Below, piece after piece: positions 37,589 to 46,206 of a DNA stretch of 64,000 bases. Position 1 is the first letter of the stretch. Every line of letters begins with the position of its first letter. The stretch lies in assembly GCA_030272815.1 (NCBI GenBank), contig JAJSZT010000007.1, positions 31,319 through 95,318 of the forward strand, read 5' to 3'. The notes beneath the pieces are model-generated. The model was not told the DNA's origin. It saw only the letters and a list, made by a program, of their open reading frames with translations, and did not search any database. The translations under genes and the position numbers were made by a program. The stretch comes from Deltaproteobacteria bacterium. GTDB taxonomy: Bacteria > Desulfobacterota > Desulfobacteria > Desulfobacterales > ETH-SRB1.

Positions 37589-38914
37589 ATGAATATAGAA
37601 GATGATGAAATTAAAATTGAAAAAGAAAATTCTTGCCGTTTATTCACTCCTCACAAACCGCGACATGTTGGATTTATTGCAACACGTCTTGCCGGGACAG
37701 ACGGCGTTTCCCTTGAAACATCAAAATGGGCTCACTTTTTTGAAAAAGAAGGATTTACATGTTTTTATTTTGCCGGTAAGTGCGATTGTGCACCAGAGCA
37801 TTCATACATAGTTCCTGAAGCTCACTTTAAGCATCCCAACATACGGGAAATCCATCAAAACTGCTTTGGAGTGCTAAAACGAGGCGACTGTGTATCACAG
37901 AAAATCCATGAACTCAGACTGAGATTAAAAAACCATCTTTACAAATTCATCCGGCAGTTCAAAATTGATCTTCTGGTAACTGAAAATTCTCTGACAATAC
38001 CGCTTAATATTCCTCTTGGCGTGGCCATTGCAGAGTTAATATCTGAAACCGGCATCCCAACAATTGCCCATCATCACGATTTCTTCTGGGAACGACAGGC
38101 TTTTATGAGGAACGCTGTATGGGAATACCTTAATATGGCCTTTCCTCCTCATCTGCCGCAAATTCAGCACGTGGTAATCAACTCTTCTGCTAATAACCAG
38201 TTAAGTCTTAGAACTGGTATTTCTCCAACCGTCATCCCTAATGTCATGGACTTTGATAATCCGCCTGAACCAGTTGATGATTATGCATCTGACGTGAGAA
38301 CGGCTCTTGGAGTCGAAGACGATCAGTTATTAATTCTCCAGCCCACCAGAGTTGTTAAGCGCAAAAAAATTGAGCTCACAATAGAGCTTATCAACAGATT
38401 GGGGAAGAAAGCCAAACTCGTTATTTCACATGCTTCAGGTGATGAAGGCTATGATTACGAATGCAGAGTAAAAGAATATGCTTGTCTGATGGGCGTTGAT
38501 ACAATTTTTGTTTCAGACATAATTAATGAAAAAAGAGGGTTCACAGAATCAGGTAAGAAAATATATACCCTGAATGACATTTACCCTCATGCAGATCTTG
38601 TTACCTATCCTTCAGACTTTGAGGGCTTTGGCAATGCTTTTCTTGAAGCAATATATTTCCGAAAACCAATAGTAGTTAATGCTTATTCGATTTACGCAAT
38701 GGATATTAAACCAAAAGGATTTTCTGTAATTGAAATTAATGGATATATAACAGATAAGTCGATAAGACAGGTTGAAAAAATTCTTGGGGACGAAAAGCTT
38801 CGGAAAAAAATGGTTGATCACAACTATGAAATAGCCAAAACTTGCTATTCATACTCAGTTCTTCATAAGAAGCTTAAAAACCTTCTTACGGAATGCACAG
38901 TATGCGATTTTTAA
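37589..38914 (+). CDS. Glycosyltransferase (GT4/GT1-type fold)
   Basis: The C-terminal pattern DLVTYPSDFEGFGNAFLEAIYFRKPIVVN is a typical E-x7-E type GT-B motif. The start is set at MNIEDDE, downstream of the repeat. Confidence 0.65.
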   Translation: MNIEDDEIKIEKENSCRLFTPHKPRHVGFIATRLAGTDGVSLETSKWAHFFEKEGFTCFYFAGKCDCAPEHSYIVPEAHFKHPNIREIHQNCFGVLKRGDCVSQKIHELRLRLKNHLYKFIRQFKIDLLVTENSLTIPLNIPLGVAIAELISETGIPTIAHHHDFFWERQAFMRNAVWEYLNMAFPPHLPQIQHVVINSSANNQLSLRTGISPTVIPNVMDFDNPPEPVDDYASDVRTALGVEDDQLLILQPTRVVKRKKIELTIELINRLGKKAKLVISHASGDEGYDYECRVKEYACLMGVDTIFVSDIINEKRGFTESGKKIYTLNDIYPHADLVTYPSDFEGFGNAFLEAIYFRKPIVVNAYSIYAMDIKPKGFSVIEINGYITDKSIRQVEKILGDEKLRKKMVDHNYEIAKTCYSYSVLHKKLKNLLTECTVCDF

Positions 38915-38977
38915 AATGCACAAAATGATAAGTTTAATTTTTTGAGATAACACTTATTTTTCAAGGGAGAATTGGTC

Positions 38978-39196
38978 ATGGAAGAAAAAGTATTGATTTT
39001 TGGAAAGAATACCTGACCTTTTACCACAGCGGCTCGTGAGGCCTATATAAAAAACGGTAACGATGTGGAATATATTGATGTGCTGTCTGATGCTGATAAG
39101 CTTGATACTATGTTGAAATATTCCGATGGGAGACGCAAAGTTCCGATTATTGTGGACAGAGGTGAAGTTACGATTGGATTTAATGGTGAGGCGTGA
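38978..39196 (+). CDS. Glutaredoxin-like selenoprotein (in-frame UGA at 39014-39016)
   Basis: RBS AGGGAGA, then MEEKVLIFGKNT-U-PFTTAAREAYIKNGNDVEYIDVLSD...RRKVPIIVDRGEVTIGFNGEA. The UGA sits at the redox-active Cys position of a Grx/NrdH-type fold (T-C-P-x-C), and a hairpin lies just downstream. This gene is not in the ORF track. Confidence 0.6.
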
Positions 39197-39288
39197 GGGG
39201 TCTAAGTATCGGCTGGATGCTGATAAAAATAAATCGTTCACAGTTCACGGCTTGAAACTTGAAATTGGAAAGTAGAAATTGGGAAGAG

Positions 39289-39405
39289 ATGAAACGAGTT
39301 TACGAGTTGGATGTCTACAAACTGGCAGAAGAGTTATCAGATATGGTCTGGCACGACTTTGATAAAAAGCATGAAGGCCAAATTTCTAATTTCAATGTTC
39401 CGTGA
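39289..39405 (+). pseudogene. N-terminal fragment of a four-helix-bundle (23S rRNA IVS-type) protein
   Basis: MKRVYELDVYKLAEELSDMVWHDFDKK... then stops after 38 aa. It is bracketed by GTTCACGG / CCGTGAAC inverted repeats. Confidence 0.35.
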
Positions 39406-39443
39406 ACGCTTACCAATAAACCTTAAAAAACATCGTAATATTA

Positions 39444-40094
39444 ATGGAAAAACAATTTATAATTGACGATTTTAAAATAGGCGAAGCATGGCGTCTGTTT
39501 AAAATTATGGGAGAATTCGTTGAAGGTATTGAGAGGCTTCACGATATTGGTCCTGCAGTGACTATTTTCGGTTCAGCCAGGATTAAAGAAGATGATCCAA
39601 TCTATAAGAAAACCGAAGAAATAGCGGCTCTTTTTGTCAAAAGCAATTTTGCTGTAATAACTGGCGGAGGGGGAGGCGTCATGGAAGCGGGGAATAAAGG
39701 GGCTCTAAGAGCAGGAGGCACCTCTGTTGGAATGAACATTGTCCTTCCGTTTGAGCAAAAACCAAATCAATATTCAAACGTTAAGCTGGAATTCAAATAT
39801 TTCTTCATCCGCAAGGTTATGTTTGTGAAATATGCCACTGCATATATTATTATGCCCGGAGGCTTAGGTACCTTAGACGAACTCTTTGAAGCTGTTACAC
39901 TCATTCAAACACACCGCATTAAACCCTTCCCTGTTATACTGGTGGGATCTGATTACTGGTCAGGACTGTTAGAATGGATCAAGGCTACCTTGCTTGAACA
40001 TCATAAGATATCTCATAATGATCTTGATATCCTGCAACTCATGGATGATCCTGAAGAAATCGTCAGGGCAGTAAAAAAAGTGGTAATTATTTAA
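39444..40094 (+). CDS. LOG family (TIGR00730) nucleotide phosphoribohydrolase
   Basis: Motifs GGGGGVMEAGNKGA and PGGLGTLDELFE. Confidence 0.85.
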   Translation: MEKQFIIDDFKIGEAWRLFKIMGEFVEGIERLHDIGPAVTIFGSARIKEDDPIYKKTEEIAALFVKSNFAVITGGGGGVMEAGNKGALRAGGTSVGMNIVLPFEQKPNQYSNVKLEFKYFFIRKVMFVKYATAYIIMPGGLGTLDELFEAVTLIQTHRIKPFPVILVGSDYWSGLLEWIKATLLEHHKISHNDLDILQLMDDPEEIVRAVKKVVII

Positions 40095-40096
40095 TA

Positions 40097-40690
40097 ATGT
40101 TCATCAGTTACATTAAATATTTCTTTATAACAATATTCTGCACAACACTTTTTATATTTACAGGTGTATTATGCGGCCATGCTGACATATACACATATAT
40201 TGACAGCGATGGAGTACTTCATTTTACCAATGTGCCGACATCATCAAATTATAAATTCTATCTAAGTGAAAACCCTTCAAAGGTCTCAAACAAATATTCA
40301 ACAAGCAAGTATGACCATTTCATATCTGAAGCATCAATAAAATACGGCGTTTCTTTCCCTCTGCTGAAAGCTCTCATAAAAGTTGAGTCAAATTTTAATC
40401 CTAAAGCTGTTTCAAAAGCCGGAGCAATGGGACTTATGCAGATCATGCCCGAAAATTTTGAGGCTCTCAAAATCACCAATCCATTTAATCCACGGGAGAA
40501 TATTCTGGGAGGCACACTTTATTTAAAACAATTAATGACCCGTTTTGAAGGTAAGCTGCCTCTTGCACTGGCTGCTTATAATGCAGGCCCCAATAGAGTT
40601 ACGCGCTACAAAAAAATCCCTCCTATAAAAGAAACAGAGAATTATGTGAAGAAAATTATGGAATCATATTATCTCTATAAAAACCACTAA
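40097..40690 (+). CDS. Lytic transglycosylase (SLT domain) with a DUF4124-like N-terminus
   Basis: IYTYIDSDGVLHFTNVP, then the catalytic region ALIKVESNFNPKAVSKAGAMGLMQIMP...AYNAG. Confidence 0.8.
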   Translation: MFISYIKYFFITIFCTTLFIFTGVLCGHADIYTYIDSDGVLHFTNVPTSSNYKFYLSENPSKVSNKYSTSKYDHFISEASIKYGVSFPLLKALIKVESNFNPKAVSKAGAMGLMQIMPENFEALKITNPFNPRENILGGTLYLKQLMTRFEGKLPLALAAYNAGPNRVTRYKKIPPIKETENYVKKIMESYYLYKNH

Positions 40691-40713
40691 AAGCCCGCCC
40701 TGGCGCTGTTTAC

Positions 40714-41385
40714 TCAATCAGGAAAGACCCCCGTGAGCGCAAGTTGAGCAACCGTAAACTCTTCCAGTTTGCCGTTAAGATAGATTGTTAATGTTGCCTG
40801 ATCATTTTCAAGACGCTTCAGCAACATTCTTGTGGTTTTACAATCAAAGAGTCCGGCAGTCCATGCGGCAAGCCCGCGGAGATTCGCATCTTCAGATTCC
40901 ATGTATGGGAGAAGAAAAAGCGCAGAATCCTCAACAAGTTGCGGCCTTGCATGGGCAAGTCTTCCAACACCCCATAAAACACCCCTTTGCAGAATTTCAT
41001 GTTCAAGATAATTTCCCTCAGGCATGATGTAGGATATAAGTATTTTATGGTATTCTCCTGCAAGCCTTCCGTGCCTGGCCATGATTTCGCCCATTGCCTC
41101 GGGCGAACCCCAGCCTATTCCGCCGGATTCATCATTGAGATTCCAGATTAGACGGCGCATTATAACCCGCGCCGATTCCATATCATGATCAGCAAGGTTT
41201 GAAACAACTGCGCCCATTGCGGCAACAGCCCACCATTTTACAAGTTCATCTCTATTATAAAAAAAAGAAAAAAGCGGGTTTACTGCCTGCCTGGCTGGTA
41301 GTTGACGGATCTTCCCCAGGCTCTTTTCAAAATCTTTATGACTTAAGAGTTCAAGTATTTCCTTTTTAAGTTGCCTGCCACCCAT
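40714..41385 (-). CDS. HEAT-repeat-like protein of unknown function
   Basis: An all-helical repeat pattern. The gene is translationally coupled to the upstream ferredoxin gene. Confidence 0.35.
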   Translation of the reverse strand: MGGRQLKKEILELLSHKDFEKSLGKIRQLPARQAVNPLFSFFYNRDELVKWWAVAAMGAVVSNLADHDMESARVIMRRLIWNLNDESGGIGWGSPEAMGEIMARHGRLAGEYHKILISYIMPEGNYLEHEILQRGVLWGVGRLAHARPQLVEDSALFLLPYMESEDANLRGLAAWTAGLFDCKTTRMLLKRLENDQATLTIYLNGKLEEFTVAQLALTGVFPD

Positions 41386-41585
41386 TATTCAACGCTAACC
41401 CCTTCCCAGGATATACAATCCTCAGGACAATATTTTATAGCTTCTTCAACACAGGGTTCAGGATAATCCGAAAGTTCGGCGATTTCTATGAAACCTGTTT
41501 CATTCAGTCTGAAAACCAAAGAGCATACTTCGACACATCCTTCACACAGACTGCATTGACCGATATCAACAACCGGCCTTTTCAT
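41385..41585 (-). CDS. Small 4Fe-4S ferredoxin
   Basis: CSLCEGCVEVC ... CPEDC cluster ligands. Confidence 0.7.
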   Translation of the reverse strand: MKRPVVDIGQCSLCEGCVEVCSLVFRLNETGFIEIAELSDYPEPCVEEAIKYCPEDCISWEGVSVE

Positions 41586-41600
41586 AACAGCCTTTTCCTT

Positions 41601-41762
41601 TTATTCTTCCTTTTCAAACTCATCCTTTGAAGCTCCGCACACCGGGCACTCCCAGTCATCAGGCACATCTTCCCATTTTGTCCCCGGCTTAACATCATTG
41701 TCAGGGTCACCCTGCTCAGGATCATAAACATAACCGCACACTGTGCATACATATTTGTCCAT
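41601..41762 (-). CDS. Rubredoxin
   Basis: [22 protein letters not shown]...[13 protein letters not shown] with two CxxC pairs. The start is set at the internal ATG. Confidence 0.9.
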   Translation of the reverse strand: MDKYVCTVCGYVYDPEQGDPDNDVKPGTKWEDVPDDWECPVCGASKDEFEKEE

Positions 41763-42094
41763 TTTGTCCTCCTTTTTTATCCCCGTTCCACAGTCCATGC
41801 ATGTTGCTGTATACCCGCTCTGAGATTTCGCCGGCTTCCATGCTAAATAACGCGCTTCGGGCGCCTGTCCTGGGTCAAGGAACTGTCTATATGCTCGGCC
41901 ATCTCAAATATTTCATCTGCATTAAAATCGTAACCCATTTTATGCTATCCTTTTTTTGTTTTTAATGTCATAACACAAAATCATTAATTCAGGAAGATTT
42001 TTAAAATAGCAACTCAAGTTTCGCACCCTTAATTTCTATCAATATCAAAGCGGTAAAGGGTCGAACTCATGAAATATTCGGGTTAGGAGGCTAT

Positions 42095-42832
42095 ATGAAC
42101 GAAGTAAAGGTAGATGACAATGCCGAGGTGAAATTTAAACCTTTTCTCGACGTTGTATTAAACAATTACAAGGATAAAATCCATTCAATTCATATTATCG
42201 GCAGCGCTTTGACCGAAGATTTCAATCCTAAAATTTCGGATATCAATTCCATCCTTGTTCTCAAAAGGTTTGATTTGAAATTCCTTGAAGATTTTGCGCC
42301 TCTTGGCAAGAAATTCGGTAAAAAACAGATTTCATCTCCCCTTATTATGACCTCTGAGTATGTTTTAAGTTCCCTTGATGTCTTCCCGATTGAATTTCTG
42401 ACCATAAAGATCCTCCATAAAACCATTTTGGGGGAGGATATTTTCAAAGATCTTGAAATCAAAAAATCCGACCTCAGGCATCAGTGTGAAAGGGAACTGA
42501 AAGTTAAATTAATCGGTATAAGGCAGGGTTACCTTTCTTCTTCAGGAAGCAAAAAACTGATAGCAGACGGATTTATAAGTTCCTTTTCGGGCTATATCCC
42601 CCTTTTCAGAGGTTTAATTCTTCTTTTTGAGAAAGAGCCTCCAATGCAAAATAAAGAAGTCCTGACAATCTTGCAGGATGTGTCCGGCGTCAACACCGAT
42701 GTATTCAAAATAATATTGAAAGCAAAGAAGGAAAGAACAAAACTGTCTATCGAAACTCTCAACACAATATTTGAAGACTACTATCAAGCCATTGAAAAAC
42801 TGGGGTATATTACAGATGCAATTGAAGATTAA
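42095..42832 (+). CDS. Hypothetical protein, possible nucleotidyltransferase-like N-terminus
   Basis: IIGSALTEDFNPKISDINSILVL resembles a minimal NTase G-S...D-x-D/N motif. Confidence 0.3.
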   Translation: MNEVKVDDNAEVKFKPFLDVVLNNYKDKIHSIHIIGSALTEDFNPKISDINSILVLKRFDLKFLEDFAPLGKKFGKKQISSPLIMTSEYVLSSLDVFPIEFLTIKILHKTILGEDIFKDLEIKKSDLRHQCERELKVKLIGIRQGYLSSSGSKKLIADGFISSFSGYIPLFRGLILLFEKEPPMQNKEVLTILQDVSGVNTDVFKIILKAKKERTKLSIETLNTIFEDYYQAIEKLGYITDAIED

Positions 42833-43595
42833 ACCGGCGTTGATCATACTCATCCTGTGTTTGTTATTTTTGCTGCAACCCTTTTCACATGCCGACATCA
42901 TTCCGGAAAAGCCGGGGAACTATGTGGTGGACCTTGCAGATATAATTGATAACAGTTCCGAGTATAAACTTAATCAGTATCTTCAGGAACTTGAACAAAA
43001 AACAACGGCTCAGCTCGTTGTTCTGACCATTAAAAGCCTCGAAGGCGGATCTATCGAGGATTTTTCAATAACAATAGCTCACGATCGATGGGAACTCGGG
43101 CAAAAGGGAAAAGACAACGGTGTTTTGCTTCTTATATCCCTTAAAGATAAAAAGTACAGGATTGAAGTCGGATACGGCCTTGAAGGCGTCATACCCGACA
43201 GCCTGGCAGGAACCATAGGCCGCAATTATCTCGTGCCCTTTTTCAGCAGGGGAGAATATTCAAAAGGTATATATGCCACAGCTCTTGCATTGGCCAATGA
43301 AATAGCAGCGGATTCGGGCGTAAAGATAACCGGCATGCCGAAAATAAAAGACTCAGTCCAACGCACCGGCAAAGATCAACCTGTCAGCCTCATGGGCAAA
43401 ATAATATCGCTGGTGTTTTTTGTGATTATGTTTATTCTTTTTATAAAGAACCCAAGGCTTTTTCTTATGTTTTTCCTTTTATCTTCTATGGGTGGAAGAC
43501 GTGGCGCCTGGGGTGGTGGTGGCGGATTCGGAGGTGGCAGTTTCGGTGGCGGTGGCGGCGGTTTCGGTGGCGGCGGCGCCTCAGGTGGCTGGTAG
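42816..43595 (+). CDS. TPM-domain (YgcG-like) membrane protein with a Gly-rich tail
   Basis: Signal peptide, a TPM-like core (VVDLADII...QLVVLTI...YRIEVGYGLEG), a TM segment and a GGGGFGGG tail. lemA lies downstream. Confidence 0.75.
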   Translation: MQLKIKPALIILILCLLFLLQPFSHADIIPEKPGNYVVDLADIIDNSSEYKLNQYLQELEQKTTAQLVVLTIKSLEGGSIEDFSITIAHDRWELGQKGKDNGVLLLISLKDKKYRIEVGYGLEGVIPDSLAGTIGRNYLVPFFSRGEYSKGIYATALALANEIAADSGVKITGMPKIKDSVQRTGKDQPVSLMGKIISLVFFVIMFILFIKNPRLFLMFFLLSSMGGRRGAWGGGGGFGGGSFGGGGGGFGGGGASGGW

Positions 43596-43616
43596 TTTAA
43601 TATTTTTACCTAAAAT

Positions 43617-43722
43617 GAGCGATTAGCCATTAGCTTTTAGCTATTAGTGTTTTTTAGCAGTTAGCTTTTAGCAATTAGCCTTTAGCTAAGAGCCAACGGC
43701 TAATTGCTAACAGCTAATCGCT
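43617..43722. repeat. Heptamer (nnTTAGC) tandem run folding back on GCTAAnn units
   Basis: gagcgATTAGCcaTTAGCttTTAGCtaTTAG...TTAGCagTTAGCttTTAGCaaTTAGCctTTAGC...GGCTAATTGCTAACAGCTAATcgct. The terminal 10 nt are perfect inverted repeats. Confidence 0.7.
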
Positions 43723-43735
43723 TAACGTAGGTTTT

Positions 43736-44323
43736 ATGGAGGGCTTTATGTCAAAATCGTTAAAAACCATTCTCATAATTTCAGGACTTGTTTTACTGTT
43801 TACCATTCTTGCAGTCGGAAGGATTATCGGAGGTTACAATACAGTCATTGCCATGGATGAAAATGTCAAGGGCAAGTGGGCACAAGTTGAAAACCAGCTC
43901 AAGCGGCGATATGACCTCATCCCGAATCTGGTTGAAACGGTTAAGGGTTATGCAAAACACGAGAAAGAACTATTTGAAAATATCGCAGAGGCCAGGACAA
44001 AATACTTCCAGGCAAAAACCGTAAAAGATAAAGTCGAAAGCGCAAACCGTCTTGAAGGTGTGCTATCGAGACTTCTTTTTCTTCAGGAGAGATACCCGGT
44101 ACTTAAAGCGAACCAGTCATTTCTGAAGCTTCAGGACAGTCTCGAAGGCACCGAAAATAGAATTTCAGTTGAACGAAAGAGATATAACGATGCGGTTCAG
44201 GGTTTAAACACATATATACGAACTTTTTTGGGAAGATTCTTTGCAACATTGGCCAGTGTCTCAAAAGCCGAGTACTATGAAATCCCGGAATTGGAAAAAG
44301 CTGTGCCCAAAGTAACATTTTAG
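43736..44323 (+). CDS. lemA: LemA family protein
   Basis: N-terminal TM, then KWAQVENQLKRRYDLIPNLVETVKGYAKHEKELF..., a typical LemA pattern. Confidence 0.85.
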   Translation: MEGFMSKSLKTILIISGLVLLFTILAVGRIIGGYNTVIAMDENVKGKWAQVENQLKRRYDLIPNLVETVKGYAKHEKELFENIAEARTKYFQAKTVKDKVESANRLEGVLSRLLFLQERYPVLKANQSFLKLQDSLEGTENRISVERKRYNDAVQGLNTYIRTFLGRFFATLASVSKAEYYEIPELEKAVPKVTF

Positions 44324-44365
44324 CCTGACACGAAAAATCGTAACACTTTAGCCCGTTGAAAAAAA

Positions 44366-44603
44366 ATCCTGACAGGATAACAGGATAAACAAGAAAAATA
44401 TATATCTCACCGCCGAGACGCAAAGCACGCAGAGATTAAAGGTTTTTTTGTTTTAAAAAATAAACTTCTTTGCGTTCTCTGCGGCTCTGCGGTGAATAAA
44501 AAAACGGAAAGTTGAAATCAAACGTAAGGTAAAGGATTTTGATGAAGATTTGCAGGATGAGTTTTGATGTTTTAATCCTGAACATCCTGTTAATCCTGTC
44601 AAA
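44366..44603. repeat. ~240-bp nested palindromic element
   Basis: Outer arms are CCTGACAGGATAACAGGAT / ATCCTGTTAATCCTGTCA. Inner arms are TCACCGCCGAGACGCAAAGCACGCAGAG / CTCTGCGGCTCTGCGGTGA. Confidence 0.6.
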
Positions 44604-44623
44604 AAAGTTTCTTTGAAATTAAA

Positions 44624-45439
44624 TTGTTACGAAAAATCAATATGCGCCTTGAAAGGCTTAAGCAAAAATTAGACATCCTTTACAATCAATATAACAGGCG
44701 CAGGTATGTTCATCCTGACCCCCTTGAATTTCTGTATTCATACAAAGAGATCAGAGACCGGGAGATAGCAGGCCTTATCGCATCTTCACTTGCATACGGC
44801 AGGGTTGCACAAATTTTAAAGAGCGTTGCATTTGTACTCGATAAGATGAATCCGTCTCCTTACCTGTTTTTAAAAAATTCAACTTATACATCGATTAACA
44901 GGGCATTTACAGGTTTTACACACAGGTTTGCCTCCCAGGATCATCTTGCCGCTTTCCTTGTCGGGATTAAAAATGTGATCGCAGGATTTGGCTCCCTTTA
45001 TGAATGTTTTTTAACCGGTTTTTCAGCAGATAATGAGAATGTTATTCCTGCAATGACTTTTTTTTCAACTCAACTTACCAATGGAAGAAAAAAACCGGGG
45101 CATCTTGTTGCCCTGCCTGAAAAAGGGAGTGCATGCAAAAGAATGAATCTGTTTTTAAGGTGGATGGCAAGAAAAGACAGAGTCGATCCAGGTGGATGGA
45201 ATGGTATACCCTTATCTAAGCTCATAATCCCCCTTGATACACACATGCACAGAATAAGCCTGGCCTTGAATCTCACAAAAAGAAAACAGGCAAACATAGC
45301 GGCTGCTCTTGAAATAACATCCGGTTTTAAAAAAATAGTCCCTGATGATCCGGTAAAATACGATTTTGCGCTCACTCGCTTTGGAATCAGGGATGATATG
45401 GATAATGAGTTATTTGACTTTCAAATAACTAAATTATAA
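44624..45439 (+). CDS. TIGR02757/DUF2400-like protein
   Basis: The pattern HPDPLEFLYSY...REIAGLIASSLAYGRVAQIL...PLDTHM resembles that family (from memory). Confidence 0.45.
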   Translation: MLRKINMRLERLKQKLDILYNQYNRRRYVHPDPLEFLYSYKEIRDREIAGLIASSLAYGRVAQILKSVAFVLDKMNPSPYLFLKNSTYTSINRAFTGFTHRFASQDHLAAFLVGIKNVIAGFGSLYECFLTGFSADNENVIPAMTFFSTQLTNGRKKPGHLVALPEKGSACKRMNLFLRWMARKDRVDPGGWNGIPLSKLIIPLDTHMHRISLALNLTKRKQANIAAALEITSGFKKIVPDDPVKYDFALTRFGIRDDMDNELFDFQITKL

Positions 45440-45558
45440 CAGGTGTAATTCATGACCGTTGGTAACCACTGAAAACCCCCAGCATTGTCATTGCGAGCAA
45501 AGCGAAGCCCCGCCTGCAATGACCAAAATTGAGCAAAATGGGGGTTGTGCAAAGCTCT

Positions 45559-45642
45559 CAGCTAAAAAAACTGCTTTTTTGCTAATTTTTGGTCAACAAT
45601 CATGAAATCTGTGGGAATAGTCAAAAACTATATAATAACTGG
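45559..45642. repeat. 84-bp repeat, family C (copy 2, inverted relative to 18451-18534)
   Basis: Its reverse complement differs from copy 1 at 5 positions (manual alignment). Confidence 0.85.
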
Positions 45643-45864
45643 TTCGGCTGAAATGAATAAAATGACTACAAAATAGGAATCAGATGGTTAATGAATCAGT
45701 GTCGCAAACAAATTAACTCCAATTAATGTTGCTTTAAACTATCTTTAAAAGCTTTTAAGGTGCTTTAAAGAAACCTTTTTTTATAATTTTCTTGACTGAG
45801 TCACGAATTAAAGATATGTTCATTTAAATAAACATAAAAGGTTTATAGGGTGTTTTAAATCAAC

Positions 45865-46206
45865 ATGCCACGTGTCAGCAAAATCTCAAAATCTCCGCCG
45901 GCCGCTGTAGAAGACATACTCAACCGGTTGGGCCGCAATATCCGTACAGCCCGTCTGCGGCGCAAGCTTTCCATGGAAGAGCTCGCCGAACGCGTCGGCA
46001 TCTCCCGATATGTTCTGGCCGATATCGAGAAGGGCAAGCCAACCACAGCAATAGCCGCTTATTTGGGTACACTGTGGGCACTCGGACTCCTCTGGAATAT
46101 GCGAGAGGTGGCCGATCCGGATCGCGATCAGGAAGGCAAGATTCTGGAGCGGGCTAGAAGCCCGAAGACGGCGCCAAAGCGAAAGACGATAAACGATGAC
46201 TTCTGA
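45865..46206 (+). CDS. hipB: XRE-family HTH antitoxin (HipB-like)
   Basis: HTH segment LSMEELAERVGISRYVLADIEKGKP. The gene overlaps the hipA start. Confidence 0.75.
   Translation: MPRVSKISKSPPAAVEDILNRLGRNIRTARLRRKLSMEELAERVGISRYVLADIEKGKPTTAIAAYLGTLWALGLLWNMREVADPDRDQEGKILERARSPKTAPKRKTINDDF

Noticed and set aside
38954-39241. Minus-strand 95-aa ORF from the track
   Set aside because: It has no motifs, and the opposite strand encodes a well-formed Grx-like gene with an RBS when UGA is read as Sec.
41843-41938. 31-codon minus-strand [23 protein letters not shown]... upstream of rubredoxin
   Set aside because: It resembles only the first ~15 residues of ferritin/rubrerythrin-like proteins that I recall from Desulfovibrio-type loci, and then it terminates. 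It may be a gene remnant, but that recollection is not strong enough to annotate.
43617-43722. Heptamer array as a CRISPR or other spacer-repeat array
   Set aside because: The units are 7 nt with no unique spacers, and the array folds back on itself. No cas genes lie nearby.
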